From a virus: DNA of 64,000 nt. Numbering within the stretch: position 1 is the stretch's first letter; every line of letters starts with the position of its first letter. The DNA is taken from the IMG/VR virus record IMGVR_UViG_3300025875_000621, positions 30,638 through 94,637 of that record; one strand, 5' to 3'. This document shows, piece by piece, positions 1-9,418 of the stretch. A program made the translations under genes and the position numbers. The notes beneath the pieces are model-generated. The model was given only the letters and a program-made list of their open reading frames with translations, made no database searches and was not told where the DNA came from.

Positions 1-1
1 C

Positions 2-271
2 GTGCGGCAGCCCTGGGCGGACGCCCGGGGCGTGGACCAGCTGTGGCGCCGGATGCTGCGGGACGGCGGCCTGGACCCGGTGTCCGCGCTGGTCCTGTGG
101 GCCGCGGTCCGCTGGGGCGCCCTGGGCTCCCGGTACCGGTGGGCCGGGTGGTGGCGGGACCTGCCCGTCCTCCTCCCCATCACCGCCCTGCTGCTGAGCC
201 TGGTCTTGGCGCTGGTACTCCTGGTGGCCGTGGCGTCACAGGGCGTGGCGCTGGCGCTCCTGCTGGCGTAG
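2..271 (+). CDS. DUF1353-like protein, C-terminal part (5' truncated)
   Basis: DxLWRRMLR...LWAAVRWGAL...GWWRD followed by a TM helix resembles actinobacterial DUF1353 C-termini. Confidence 0.55.
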   Translation: MRQPWADARGVDQLWRRMLRDGGLDPVSALVLWAAVRWGALGSRYRWAGWWRDLPVLLPITALLLSLVLALVLLVAVASQGVALALLLA

Positions 272-290
272 CTCCACGACACTGACGCCC

Positions 291-965
291 GTGCCCGAAG
301 CCCCCACCGCCACCACCGCGGAGCCCCGCCTGCCCTCCGTCTCCGTCCACGTGGACAACCTGGAGACCCACCCCCAGAACGCGCGCCGCGGTGACGTCCA
401 GAAGATCACCGCCAGCCTGCGCCGGCACGGCCAGTACCGGCCCATCGTGGTCCAGCGCCGCACCGGCTACGTCCTGGCCGGGAACCACACCCTGATGAGC
501 GCCCGCCGCCTGGGCTGGGAGCACCTAGACGTGGTGTACGTGGACGTGGACGACGAGGAGGCGCGGCGCATCCTCCTGGCGGACAACCGGACCAGTGACC
601 TGGCCGCGTACGAGGACGGGGCGCTGGCGCTGCTGCTGGCGGAGGTCCCGGACCTGGAGGGCACCGGCTACGACGGGGAGAACGTGGACGTGCTGCTGGC
701 GCAGCTGGCCCCCGCACCGTCCGGCGGGGCTACCATCCTGGGTCTGGAGCAGTTGACGGCGGAGGCGATCCGGGGCACCGCGGAGAGCGCGCCGGCCACC
801 GCCCCCGCTCCCCCGCCGCCCGCGCGGGAGGAGCGGCCGCTGCCCCCGCCCGTGGAGGACCCGCCGCCGCCGGCGGACCCGCCGCGGCCGCGCGCCACCC
901 TGGTCACGGACTGCCCGCAGTGCGGGCACACCTGGCACCCGGAGCTGCGGAGCGCGGACCAGTGA
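291..965 (+). CDS. ParB/Srx-like N-terminal domain protein with C-terminal CxxC
   Basis: HPQNAR...SLRRHGQYRPIVV...VLAGNHT...LADNRT; CPQCGH at the C-terminus. Confidence 0.85.
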   Translation: MPEAPTATTAEPRLPSVSVHVDNLETHPQNARRGDVQKITASLRRHGQYRPIVVQRRTGYVLAGNHTLMSARRLGWEHLDVVYVDVDDEEARRILLADNRTSDLAAYEDGALALLLAEVPDLEGTGYDGENVDVLLAQLAPAPSGGATILGLEQLTAEAIRGTAESAPATAPAPPPPAREERPLPPPVEDPPPPADPPRPRATLVTDCPQCGHTWHPELRSADQ

Positions 966-1588
966 CCACCCCGGACACCACGCCCGTCCGCCCCCTCCCC
1001 CAGGCGCAGCAGCTGCCGGTCACGGAGGTGCGGGAGGCGGAGAAGAACCCGCGCCGCATCCCGGAGCGCGCCGTGGAGCTGGTGGCCCAGTCCATCCGGC
1101 GCTTCGGCTGGCAGCAGCCCCTGGTGGTGGACCGGGACCGGTACCTCATCGTGGGCCACACCCGGTACCGGGCCGCGCAGTCCATGGGCCTCACCCACGT
1201 GCCCGTGGTCATCGCGGAGGATCTGACCCCGGAGGAGGTCCGCGCCTACCGGATCGCGGACAACCGCACGCACGACTTCACCAGCTGGGACCTGCCCGGC
1301 CTGGCGCAGGAGCTGGAGGACCTGTCCGCGGAGTTCGGGGACGTCCTGGCCCTGGCGGACTGGGAGGTGGTCTCCGCCCGCATGGAGGAGGCCGCGGAGC
1401 GCGCCGGCGGAGACGCCGGGGACGTGGAGGACGGGCTGCCGGAGCTGGACCTGCCGCGGGACGTGAAGGACGCCCTGGACGGCGGGTTCCAGGTCAACGT
1501 CTGTTTCCACACGAAGGAGCAGGCCCTGGCCGCACAGCTGGCCCTGATGGAGCTGCCGGGGGTGTTCGATGTACGTCACGACTTCTGA
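962..1588 (+). CDS. ParB/Srx-like N-terminal domain protein
   Basis: NPRRI...SIRRFGWQQPLVVD...IVGHTRY...YRIADNRT; GTGA overlap with the upstream gene. Confidence 0.85.
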   Translation: MTTPDTTPVRPLPQAQQLPVTEVREAEKNPRRIPERAVELVAQSIRRFGWQQPLVVDRDRYLIVGHTRYRAAQSMGLTHVPVVIAEDLTPEEVRAYRIADNRTHDFTSWDLPGLAQELEDLSAEFGDVLALADWEVVSARMEEAAERAGGDAGDVEDGLPELDLPRDVKDALDGGFQVNVCFHTKEQALAAQLALMELPGVFDVRHDF

Positions 1589-2594
1589 GCAGCGCGGCGG
1601 CATCCTGGTGGCCGTCATCACCGGTGGCCGGCCGGAGCTGCGGCAGCGGCCCGTCCGCCACCTCCTGCCCGTCCTCCAGGACGCCGGGGTGCAGGACGTC
1701 ACCTGGGTGGTGTCAGACCAGGACGCCCCCGGCTACGAACCGGACCAGCACCCGCAGGTCATCTACCCCCGCGCCTGGGCGGAGGAGTACGCGGCCGCGC
1801 ACTGGATGAACCCGGCCCCGCCGGAGCCCGGCGCGTTCCTGGGCGCGTTCCCCGGCCGGGAGTGGGCCTGCCAGGAGGCGGAGCGCCGCGGCTGCTGGGC
1901 CGTCCTCCAGTTGGACGACAACATCGACACCCTGGAGTTCCTGCGCCGCAGCGGGGCGTCCATGCGCTACACGCTGGAGCACGGCGGCATGGCCCTGTTC
2001 CTGGACTGCCTGGCCGGGGTGATGCTGTCCACGAACGCGCGCACCGTGGGCGGGCAGCTGTCCTCCGTGGCCCCCAGCAGCAAGCAGGCCGCGCAGGTGG
2101 CCCGCGCCGGCTTCCCCTACTCCCTGTTCCTGGAGCGCGTGGGAGAGGGCCGGGAGGAGTGGTACGGCCCGTTTGAGGACGACATCACCCACTCCCTGCA
2201 GTACGGGTCACGCTGGGACGGCGCCACCGCCGCGGTGGTCCCCAGCCTCCGGTACCACAAGGAACCGGGGAGTAAGTCCGGGATGCGCTCCCACTACAGC
2301 GGCACCCGCGCCGTCCAACTGCAGCGCCTGTTCCCGCAGTCCGCGAACATCGGGGTGCGCGCCACGCGGTCCAACGGCCGCGGAGAGGGCCGGGTGTTCC
2401 ACACCATGCCGCCGGGTGCCGTCCGGAACCCGCTGGTGGTCCGGGACCGCGCCCTGTTCAGCGCCGTCCGGGACCGGCTGCAGGAGCTGACCGTGGGCTG
2501 GTTCGCGGTGGAGCTGGAGGCCAACCAGGACAAGGCCCGCCGCCGCGCCGCCCAGGCGGAGAAGATGAGCGGCGGGCAGCCGGTCAACGGGTGA
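1569..2594 (+). CDS. GT-A glycosyltransferase, TET-associated/GREB1-like; probable DNA modification enzyme
   Basis: VAVITGGRP start, QLDDNI acidic motif, FEDD motif; follows two ParB-like genes. Confidence 0.6.
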   Translation: MYVTTSEQRGGILVAVITGGRPELRQRPVRHLLPVLQDAGVQDVTWVVSDQDAPGYEPDQHPQVIYPRAWAEEYAAAHWMNPAPPEPGAFLGAFPGREWACQEAERRGCWAVLQLDDNIDTLEFLRRSGASMRYTLEHGGMALFLDCLAGVMLSTNARTVGGQLSSVAPSSKQAAQVARAGFPYSLFLERVGEGREEWYGPFEDDITHSLQYGSRWDGATAAVVPSLRYHKEPGSKSGMRSHYSGTRAVQLQRLFPQSANIGVRATRSNGRGEGRVFHTMPPGAVRNPLVVRDRALFSAVRDRLQELTVGWFAVELEANQDKARRRAAQAEKMSGGQPVNG

Positions 2595-2814
2595 TGACGG
2601 TCTGGCTGCCCGGGGTGAAGTGCATGAGCCGGCACACCTTCCCCTCCGGGCACGCCGCCCACGCGGCCGCTTCCGTGGCGTGCATGCCGTTGACCGGCTT
2701 CCACACGGACATGCCGGGCTGGAACACCTGCACCTTGTAGTACGGCTGGAAGCGGGTGGTGCGGCCGGGCCGGCGGGGGGCGGGCGTACGGCGGGCGGGG
2801 ACGGTGGCGCTCAT
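2584..2814 (-). CDS. small hypothetical protein
   Basis: ATG at 2814 preceded by CCAGCTGAGGAGCTGACC and a GTAC palindrome. Confidence 0.7.
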   Translation of the reverse strand: MSATVPARRTPAPRRPGRTTRFQPYYKVQVFQPGMSVWKPVNGMHATEAAAWAACPEGKVCRLMHFTPGSQTVITR

Positions 2815-2864
2815 GGTCAGCTCCTCAGCTGGGGCGTGTCTGCTGTACACCGGGAGAGTACACG
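2812..2864 (-). promoter_or_regulatory. promoter-operator (GTACT-N7-TGTAC) plus extended RBS
   Basis: minus strand reads GTGTACTCTCCCGGTGTACA...CCAGCTGAGGAGCTGACCATG. Confidence 0.65.
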
Positions 2865-2880
2865 TGCCATGGTCTGCGGC

Positions 2881-3312
2881 ATGACCGGACGCGCCCTCAT
2901 CACCCCCCGCTCCGCCACCCTGCTGGGCATCTACCGCGGAGAGGGCACCGCCTGTGACGCGTGCGGCCGGGAGCTGTCCGCCCGCCAGTTCCGCTGCACC
3001 ACGGCGGACGGCAGCCTGCTGGTCCTGGGCCGCCGCTGCGCCGCCCGCGCCACCGGCTACCCCACCACCCGCCTGGAGCACCTGGCCGCGGCGCTGGAGC
3101 GCCGGCAGGCGTGGGAGCGGGAGGTGGCCACCAGTTGGACGGTGGAGCAGCTGGCCGCGCACTACCGGGAGGTGGTGGTGACATACCCGGACGGCACCCT
3201 GGACACCTGGCTGCCCGCGGAGGAGGGACAGCCAGCACGGACCACCCGCCGCCCCGTGCTGGAGGTGGCCACGGAGGAGCTGACACGCCTGCAGGCCCAG
3301 TACGCCAACTGA
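2881..3312 (+). CDS. hypothetical Zn-finger protein
   Basis: CDACGR...GRRCA; divergent from the 2814 gene. Confidence 0.6.
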   Translation: MTGRALITPRSATLLGIYRGEGTACDACGRELSARQFRCTTADGSLLVLGRRCAARATGYPTTRLEHLAAALERRQAWEREVATSWTVEQLAAHYREVVVTYPDGTLDTWLPAEEGQPARTTRRPVLEVATEELTRLQAQYAN

Positions 3313-3316
3313 CCCC

Positions 3317-3371
3317 GCAGTGCGTACACTCCTGGTGTACGCACTGCAGACCAGCTGAGGAGCTGACCGTG
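3317..3371 (+). promoter_or_regulatory. promoter-operator palindrome plus extended RBS
   Basis: perfect inverted repeat GCAGTGCGTACAC-TCCTG-GTGTACGCACTGC containing a TACACT -10 hexamer, then CCAGCTGAGGAGCTGACCGTG. Confidence 0.75.
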
Positions 3372-3659
3372 ACCCAACCCAGCGTCCTGCTCACCGGACG
3401 GCCCATGTGGCACGCCGGCACCTGCCACATCTCCACGGACGGCGGCCAGACCGCCCTCTGCGGCATCACCCCGCAGGACCCCTCCACCACCACTGACCCC
3501 GGCTGCGGCACCTGCCTCCAGCTGGCGGAGGCCGCGGACTCCACCCCCCGGCCCGTGAACTGCCACTGCGGCCGCACCGTCTCCACCCTCCCGGGCGGGG
3601 ACGGCCTCCACTGCGCAGAGCACGACCTGCCCGTCAGCACCCCCCGGCGCACCCGGTGA
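3369..3659 (+). CDS. Cys-rich small hypothetical protein
   Basis: GTG after a strong RBS; CG/CxxC motifs; GTGA coupling to the next gene. Confidence 0.65.
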   Translation: MTQPSVLLTGRPMWHAGTCHISTDGGQTALCGITPQDPSTTTDPGCGTCLQLAEAADSTPRPVNCHCGRTVSTLPGGDGLHCAEHDLPVSTPRRTR

Positions 3660-4114
3660 CCGCCTCCCTGGGCATGCGCCTGGCCGTGACCGGCACCTCC
3701 GGCCGCTGGCAGGCCGCCCTCCGCTCCGGCCACCGCCGCACCCTGGCGGAGTGCGGCCACGGCCACCGAAACAGGGACGGCGGACAGGCCAACGCCCGCC
3801 AGTGCGGTGAGCTGCTGATCCGCGCCGCACGCAACCCGCACGCCGCCGCCGCGTTCCGTGCGCACGCCGTGGAGTCCGCGGCCGCCGCCCAGCGCGCCGG
3901 AGCCCGCATCACCCTGGAGGAGGCCAGCGCCCGCGCCACGGCCACCCTGGACACCTGGCGCACCGTGGTCCTGGACGGGGACCTGCACGTCCCCAGCCGG
4001 GCCTGGGGCGCGGACCGCCCCGCCTGCGGCTGCTGCATCCCAGAGCCGTCCCCGGGGGAGCAGGAGCGGGCAGCGCGCCGGGCGGCTCACCGGGCACCCT
4101 GGAGCGCCCCGTGA
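3656..4114 (+). CDS. hypothetical protein
   Basis: coupled at both ends by GTGA overlaps; CGHGH motif. Confidence 0.6.
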   Translation: MTASLGMRLAVTGTSGRWQAALRSGHRRTLAECGHGHRNRDGGQANARQCGELLIRAARNPHAAAAFRAHAVESAAAAQRAGARITLEEASARATATLDTWRTVVLDGDLHVPSRAWGADRPACGCCIPEPSPGEQERAARRAAHRAPWSAP

Positions 4115-4776
4115 CCGTCCTACACCTGGCCGTCCTGGTCTGTGACGGCTGTGGCACAGCCAGCCGCCACGTTCAGGGCACCGCAGAGGAGGCCCGGGTG
4201 CTTCTCTGGCAGGACGGCTGGCGGCGGAACGGCGGCCAGGGTGACCGCTGCCCCACCTGCTCCCCCGGGCGCGTGCAGCGCAACTACCTTCCCGGCGCAG
4301 CACCCGGCCTGTGTGACTGCGGCTGTGGGCGCACCACGCCGGTGGCTGACCGCAGCCGTGCCCGTTCCGGCTGGGTGAAGGGACAGCCTCTCCCCCGCAT
4401 CCCCGGTCACCGCACCCCAGCCCCGCTGCGCGTGGACTCCGGCTGCCTGCTCTGGCAGGGCCGCGTGGACCCGGAGACCGGGTACGGCCGCCTGGGCGCT
4501 GGGCAGGCACACCGGGTGCTCTGGGAGCGGACCCGCGGGCCCATCCCGCCGGAACATGAGCTGGACCACCTGTGCCAGACGCCGCTCTGCGTGGAGCTGA
4601 CCCACCTGGACTGCATCACCGCCGTGGAGCACTACGCCCGGACGCACCCGCGCGGTGAGACCTGCGGCCGTGGCCACACGGACTGGCGTCCCCGCCGAGA
4701 CGGCGGGCGCTACTGCTGGCAGTGCAACCGGGACCGTGACGCGGAGCGCCGCCAGCTGCTTACCACGACCCCCTGA
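4111..4776 (+). CDS. HNH endonuclease with N-terminal Zn-binding segments
   Basis: CLLWQG...GYG...AHR...GPIP...LDHLC...CV...HL; N-terminal CDGCG and CDCGCG. Confidence 0.8.
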   Translation: MTVLHLAVLVCDGCGTASRHVQGTAEEARVLLWQDGWRRNGGQGDRCPTCSPGRVQRNYLPGAAPGLCDCGCGRTTPVADRSRARSGWVKGQPLPRIPGHRTPAPLRVDSGCLLWQGRVDPETGYGRLGAGQAHRVLWERTRGPIPPEHELDHLCQTPLCVELTHLDCITAVEHYARTHPRGETCGRGHTDWRPRRDGGRYCWQCNRDRDAERRQLLTTTP

Positions 4777-4808
4777 CCGCTCGCCACCCCCACTGCTGAG
4801 GAGCAGCC

Positions 4809-5153
4809 ATGACCACCGCCACCAGCCCCACCGTGGGGTACGTGCAGACCAGCACCATCCACGCCGTGCACGCCTCCATCAGCGGCGCGGACGTCATCCG
4901 GGACCACATGGGCCGCCTGTTCCTGCCCGGCCGCGTGGAGCTGCGCTGGATGGACGGCGTGCTCACCCAGGCGTCCGTCCGCGGCGTCCGCGTCACCGCC
5001 TCCGGGGACCCGTACGCCAACGGGGCCACCACCGCCCGCACGTACCTCAGCGCGGCCGGCACGCTGCTGCAGCCCAGCGTGCAGGAGCCTGGCGCGCCGG
5101 CCTGGCTGCAGGACCTGGTGAACCTGCACGCCCCCGCGGAGGCCCGGCCGTGA
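4809..5153 (+). CDS. hypothetical protein
   Basis: ATG after GCTGAGGAG RBS. Confidence 0.65.
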   Translation: MTTATSPTVGYVQTSTIHAVHASISGADVIRDHMGRLFLPGRVELRWMDGVLTQASVRGVRVTASGDPYANGATTARTYLSAAGTLLQPSVQEPGAPAWLQDLVNLHAPAEARP

Positions 5154-5581
5154 AGCGCCTGCAGGACCCCAGTGCGCGCATCAGCGCGCGTATGGCGGAG
5201 CTGGGCCACCGGCCCCACCTGGACGGCTACCACCACCGGCACACGTGCGGCCGCTGCGGGCGCGCAGGGCTGAACGCGGGCGGCCCGGACTACGGGTCCG
5301 CGCTGCAGGAGCCGTGCCCCGGGCGGGAGGCGCGCCTGTGGCCCGCCGGCTGGGACTACTACCGGCCCCCGCGGCTGACGGAGGCCAACACCCGCGCCGC
5401 CCGGCTCTCCGCCTACCGGCACCAGGTGGGCCGCATCAGGGACGCCCGCCTCCTCCAGGACCAGCCCCTGCTGGCGGCCGCCCGCTGGCACGCCGCCCAG
5501 CACCGCGCGCACCTCATCGCACAGCACCGTGACCTGTCCACCCGCACCACCCCCACCCAGGAGACCCACCGTGGCCGCTGA
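5150..5581 (+). CDS. hypothetical protein (CxxC)
   Basis: GTGA overlap; CGRCG. Confidence 0.55.
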   Translation: MKRLQDPSARISARMAELGHRPHLDGYHHRHTCGRCGRAGLNAGGPDYGSALQEPCPGREARLWPAGWDYYRPPRLTEANTRAARLSAYRHQVGRIRDARLLQDQPLLAAARWHAAQHRAHLIAQHRDLSTRTTPTQETHRGR

Positions 5582-5876
5582 CCCCTTCCGCATCCCCGCC
5601 GCCCTGCTGGAGCGCATCGCGGAGTCCCGGAACACCGTGGTGGACGCCCGCGGTGACCTGGAGCAGCTGGTGTCCCAGCTGGAGGACGTCACCTCCGGCG
5701 CCCGCGCCGTCTGGGAGGAGCGCACGGAGAAGTGGCAGGACGGTGACCGCGGCCAGGCCGCCAGCACCTGGCTGGAGAACCTGGAGGAGCTGGTGGACAA
5801 CCTGAACGAGCTGCGCTCCGCCATGGAGACCGCGGAGGAGTCCCTGCTGGACCCCGCGGCCTCCCCGGACTACTGA
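5571..5876 (+). CDS. acidic helical phage hypothetical protein
   Basis: AGGAG RBS; ERTEKWQDGDRG motif recalled from phage small proteins. Confidence 0.65.
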   Translation: MAADPFRIPAALLERIAESRNTVVDARGDLEQLVSQLEDVTSGARAVWEERTEKWQDGDRGQAASTWLENLEELVDNLNELRSAMETAEESLLDPAASPDY

Positions 5877-5877
5877 C

Positions 5878-6192
5878 ATGGCCCAGGCAGCCGCCGCGTG
5901 GGTGACCTGGCTGATGACGCTGCTGGCGGTGGTGGTCCTGCTGTGCTGGGCCCTCCGCCTGGCACTCATGCACCACGGCGGCGGACAGATGCCCTCCCTG
6001 CGCTTGCCGCGGCCCTCCCGCGTGATCCAGCGGGCGATCTACGGCGGCCACGTGGAGCCCACCGCCAGCCAGGCACCCGCCCTCCACGTACTGGAGGAGG
6101 ACGTGCACACCTACACCGCCCAGCAGGTCCTGAACACCCTGGCTGCTGACGTCCGCGCAGCCCTGGAAGCCGCACCGAAGGAGACCCCATGA
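5878..6192 (+). CDS. membrane-anchored hypothetical protein
   Basis: N-terminal hydrophobic helix. Confidence 0.6.
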   Translation: MAQAAAAWVTWLMTLLAVVVLLCWALRLALMHHGGGQMPSLRLPRPSRVIQRAIYGGHVEPTASQAPALHVLEEDVHTYTAQQVLNTLAADVRAALEAAPKETP

Positions 6193-6899
6193 CCACCCCC
6201 ACCACCGCCCCGTGGAAGCCCGGAGACCCGGACCCCACACCGCAGCTGACGGACTACACCGGCCACTGCTTCGCGGTCGCCTACCCGGCCCGCCTGGGCC
6301 GCGCCGTGCACTGCTCCTGGGAGAAGGGACCGGACCACCCGGACTGGCACGTGGCCGCGGACGTCCGTGGCCGCGTCACCCACGTCTGGGAGACCGGCAT
6401 TGACCTGCCGGACGGACGGTTCCTGTCCCCCGCGGACACCCCGCCGCTGGGCTTCCGGGACGGGGAGACGCCGGAGACCGCCACGGACCGCTGCGCCCGG
6501 GAGGGCGGCGCCCTGGGCATCCGGCGTCAGTGCTCCATCGGCTACCACGCGGAGTGCAGCAGCCCCACCGGGGACAACTGCACGTGCGCCTGCCACGTCC
6601 TCACGGAGGAGGCCCCGCCGCCCCTGTGGACCGGCCCGGATGAGGGAGACGGACCGGTGGAGCTGGTGGAGGCCGGCGCCGGGCTGCGGCTGGAGAGCGA
6701 CACCACCAGCCTGCTGGACCTGACCCGGGACAGCGCCGTCAGCCTGGGCCTGGCCCTCCTGCGCTGGGCACCCCAGTGCAGCGTCCGGTACGTGTCCCCC
6801 GGTGGCTTCTTCACCACCTGCGTCCGCCCGGACGGACACCCCATCCAGGACGTGGACGGCATCGGCCACGCAGACGCAGAGAGGCTGCAGCAGCTGTGA
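6189..6899 (+). CDS. Cys/His-rich hypothetical protein
   Basis: AAGGAG RBS, ATGA overlap; CxCxCH motif. Confidence 0.6.
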   Translation: MTTPTTAPWKPGDPDPTPQLTDYTGHCFAVAYPARLGRAVHCSWEKGPDHPDWHVAADVRGRVTHVWETGIDLPDGRFLSPADTPPLGFRDGETPETATDRCAREGGALGIRRQCSIGYHAECSSPTGDNCTCACHVLTEEAPPPLWTGPDEGDGPVELVEAGAGLRLESDTTSLLDLTRDSAVSLGLALLRWAPQCSVRYVSPGGFFTTCVRPDGHPIQDVDGIGHADAERLQQL

Positions 6900-7285
6900 C
6901 CACACCCCACGGAGACCGCCTCCAGGCCGCCCGCCGCGTCCTGGACGGACTCCCCGCAGCGAAGGACCCCGCCAGGTACCTGGCCGCCGCCATGGAGGCC
7001 CGGGAGTACGTGGCCGTTCGGCAGGCCGTGGGCGGGCCGTCCGGCCCCCGTAAGCCCGCACCGGAGCCGGAGGCCATGCGCCTGGCCGCGGAGATGACGG
7101 AGGAGGAGCGCGTGGCCCTCCCCGCGGAGTGCCACCGCCCCGTCTGGAACGGCCTGGGCACCCCGCACCTGTGGGCCTGCGCCGTCTGCTGGGGGGAGGG
7201 CACCATGACCAGCTGGCCGTGTGAGCCCGCCCGCGCCGGCGGCCTCACCCTGGCCCGCCACCTGGGCCTGGACTACCACTGGTGA
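6896..7285 (+). CDS. hypothetical protein
   Basis: GTGA coupling; CAVC...WPC motif. Confidence 0.6.
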   Translation: MTTPHGDRLQAARRVLDGLPAAKDPARYLAAAMEAREYVAVRQAVGGPSGPRKPAPEPEAMRLAAEMTEEERVALPAECHRPVWNGLGTPHLWACAVCWGEGTMTSWPCEPARAGGLTLARHLGLDYHW

Positions 7286-7587
7286 CCAGCACCCAGGCCA
7301 CCGTCTCTGAGTGGCTGCGGACGAACCGGCGCGCACCCGGCAGCCCCTGGCGGCCGGATGACCTGAGGCCGGAGCAGTTCCACGCCGGACCGTGGCACGC
7401 GATCCGCGGCGGCATGGGTGGCCGGCCACTCAGCTGGTGCGGCCGCCACCCCACCGCGGTCACCATCAACACCCGCCGCCACCCCGGCGCGGAGCCCCCC
7501 ACAGGGGAGCGCCTGTGCGCGGAGTGCGTGCGCCGCGTCCGGGACGGGGAGCCCCGGCCGTACCAGCGGAACAGGGGGCGGGGATGA
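7282..7587 (+). CDS. hypothetical Zn-finger protein
   Basis: WH...WCG...CAEC; coupled. Confidence 0.55.
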   Translation: MTSTQATVSEWLRTNRRAPGSPWRPDDLRPEQFHAGPWHAIRGGMGGRPLSWCGRHPTAVTINTRRHPGAEPPTGERLCAECVRRVRDGEPRPYQRNRGRG

Positions 7588-7916
7588 CCCCGCTGGTGCT
7601 CTGGGCGGGCGGCCTGGCGCTGCGCCGCTGGGGCCGGGACTGGGCGCGCTACGGCACCCCCGTCATCATCACCGGCTGGCTGTACCTCACCTGCCAGAAC
7701 GCGGCCGCCCGCGGCGTCAGCTACTTCACGGACCTGCTGTACCTGGTGCTCACCGTGACCACCTTCCTGCTGGCCGCCAGGTGGTTCATGCGCACCAGTG
7801 CCCAGCTTCTCCGGGACACCCTCGCCTGCCCCTGCGGGGAGACCCTGACCAGCCCACAGGAACTGGCGGACCACCGCCGCGTCATGCACCCCAACGACAC
7901 AGAGGAGACCCCATGA
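7584..7916 (+). CDS. membrane protein with C-terminal C2H2-like finger
   Basis: two hydrophobic segments, CPCG...HRRVMH. Confidence 0.6.
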   Translation: MTPLVLWAGGLALRRWGRDWARYGTPVIITGWLYLTCQNAAARGVSYFTDLLYLVLTVTTFLLAARWFMRTSAQLLRDTLACPCGETLTSPQELADHRRVMHPNDTEETP

Positions 7917-8473
7917 GCATCCCCCACCTGGTGTACCGGAACACCCGCCCAGAGCTGCTGGCCTGGCGTGAGGACGTCCAGGCCCGGCTCCGCGCCTGCG
8001 GTGACGCCCGGGACGCGTTCCTGGACCGCTTCTGCACGGAGCACGGCGGGCCCCCGCAGGGAGAGCGCGGCACCTTCTCCCGCGGCACGGAGTGCACCGG
8101 GGTGGCCTGGCCGCAGGACACCCCAGTGCCGAAGGGGTGGCGGCGGCCGGCTGATGACCCACGGCTCATCCGGCCCCACCTCAGCACCCGCATCGGCAAG
8201 GCCGCCCAGTTGGAGCTGGACCAGCTCCGCTGGCCGGACGTCCAGGAGGAGCTGTCCCGCCTCCACGGCATGCGCTCATGGGCCGCGCCGCCCATGACCG
8301 GCCGGTACTACACCCCCGGCGTCCGCCTGGAGGAGGACGCCGTGTGGGCCACCTGGGGCACCCAGGACGTGGCCGCGGACGTGGAGCCGGACGCCACCGG
8401 ACACGGCTGGGAGCGGGTCTCCCTGGTGGAGTACCTGCAGCGGTTCGGGGAGGGAGACAGCACCACCTCCTGA
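7913..8473 (+). CDS. hypothetical protein
   Basis: GAGGAG RBS, ATGA overlap. Confidence 0.65.
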   Translation: MSIPHLVYRNTRPELLAWREDVQARLRACGDARDAFLDRFCTEHGGPPQGERGTFSRGTECTGVAWPQDTPVPKGWRRPADDPRLIRPHLSTRIGKAAQLELDQLRWPDVQEELSRLHGMRSWAAPPMTGRYYTPGVRLEEDAVWATWGTQDVAADVEPDATGHGWERVSLVEYLQRFGEGDSTTS

Positions 8474-8562
8474 CCCACCTGGCGGGCGCGCCACCGCGCC
8501 CGCCAGGCCCACCCACTGCACACTGCTGACGCACACCACCCCACCTGAGGAGACCCGCGCAC

Positions 8563-8907
8563 GTGATGAACACCCGCACCCGCCGCACCGCCACCGCCCT
8601 GGCCCTGGCCGGCGCCGTCATGGTCACCGGCGCTGGCTGCGCGAAACGGAACATCGACCCCGCCGCCACCGGCTCCGCCCGCGTGGAGGGCACCGGCGGA
8701 GAGCACGCCCTGCAGAAGTTCTGCGACGGGCCGACGCTCATCTACTGGACCCCCGGGTACTCCGGGGAGGAGGACGAGTACGAGGCGTTCATCTACGAGT
8801 CCCCCGCGTGCACGGATGACGGAGACCCGGCCACCATCCCCGCCGGGGTCGTGGGCGCCGGACCGCAGCAGCCCCGTGACGCGGGCGTGCAGGACGACGA
8901 CGAGTGA
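8563..8907 (+). CDS. predicted lipoprotein
   Basis: basic N-terminus, hydrophobic core, lipobox-like GAGC; CTGAGGAG RBS. Confidence 0.7.
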   Translation: MMNTRTRRTATALALAGAVMVTGAGCAKRNIDPAATGSARVEGTGGEHALQKFCDGPTLIYWTPGYSGEEDEYEAFIYESPACTDDGDPATIPAGVVGAGPQQPRDAGVQDDDE

Positions 8908-9119
8908 AAGCCGTCATGCTGGCCGTGGTCAGCGTCCTGGGCTACGTGCTGGTGGCCGCCCTCAGCGCGGTCATGCTGTTCTGGCCCGTGATGATCCTGC
9001 TGGGCGCCGTCCACTCCCAGCCGGGTCTGGAGTGGGTCCCCGCACTGGGCTGGTGGCCCACCCTCCTGGTGGTCCTCCTGCTCCACTGCCTCATCCCCAG
9101 CAGGTCCAGCGACGACTGA
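8904..9119 (+). CDS. small membrane protein
   Basis: two hydrophobic segments; GTGA overlap. Confidence 0.65.
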   Translation: MKAVMLAVVSVLGYVLVAALSAVMLFWPVMILLGAVHSQPGLEWVPALGWWPTLLVVLLLHCLIPSRSSDD

Positions 9120-9133
9120 CCCAGCACACACAG

Positions 9134-9166
9134 GAGGGCCCCCACCGCGCTGCGGTGGGGGCCCTC
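9134..9166. terminator. bidirectional GC hairpin terminator
   Basis: GAGGGCCCCCACCGC-gct-GCGGTGGGGGCCCTC between convergent genes. Confidence 0.75.
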
Positions 9167-9226
9167 TGCCGTATCCGCGGGAGCGACCCGCAGCCTCTCA
9201 TCAAACGGCCGTGACTGGACGGCACG

Positions 9227-9418
9227 CTACTCCGTGGCCAGCGCGTTCACCGCATGCTGCACCAGCACTGACGCGCGCCCCTGAGCCCGCGCGTACCAGG
9301 CCATGAGCCCGGCCGCGTCCACGGGCTCCGTGACCGTCCGGGACACCGCGCCCAGCTCCTTCCCGTTCCCGTCCAGCACGCGGGCCATGACCGTCACCTC
9401 TACGCGCGCCGCCCTCAC
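9227..9418 (-). CDS. small hypothetical protein
   Basis: GGAGGAG RBS plus GTG overlapping the upstream stop. Confidence 0.55.
   Translation of the reverse strand: MRAARVEVTVMARVLDGNGKELGAVSRTVTEPVDAAGLMAWYARAQGRASVLVQHAVNALATE

Noticed and set aside
291-1588. ParB genes as the centromere-binding partner of the 25900 ATPase
   Set aside because: No recognisable HTH/dimerisation region, and the context matches phage modification-associated ParB proteins.
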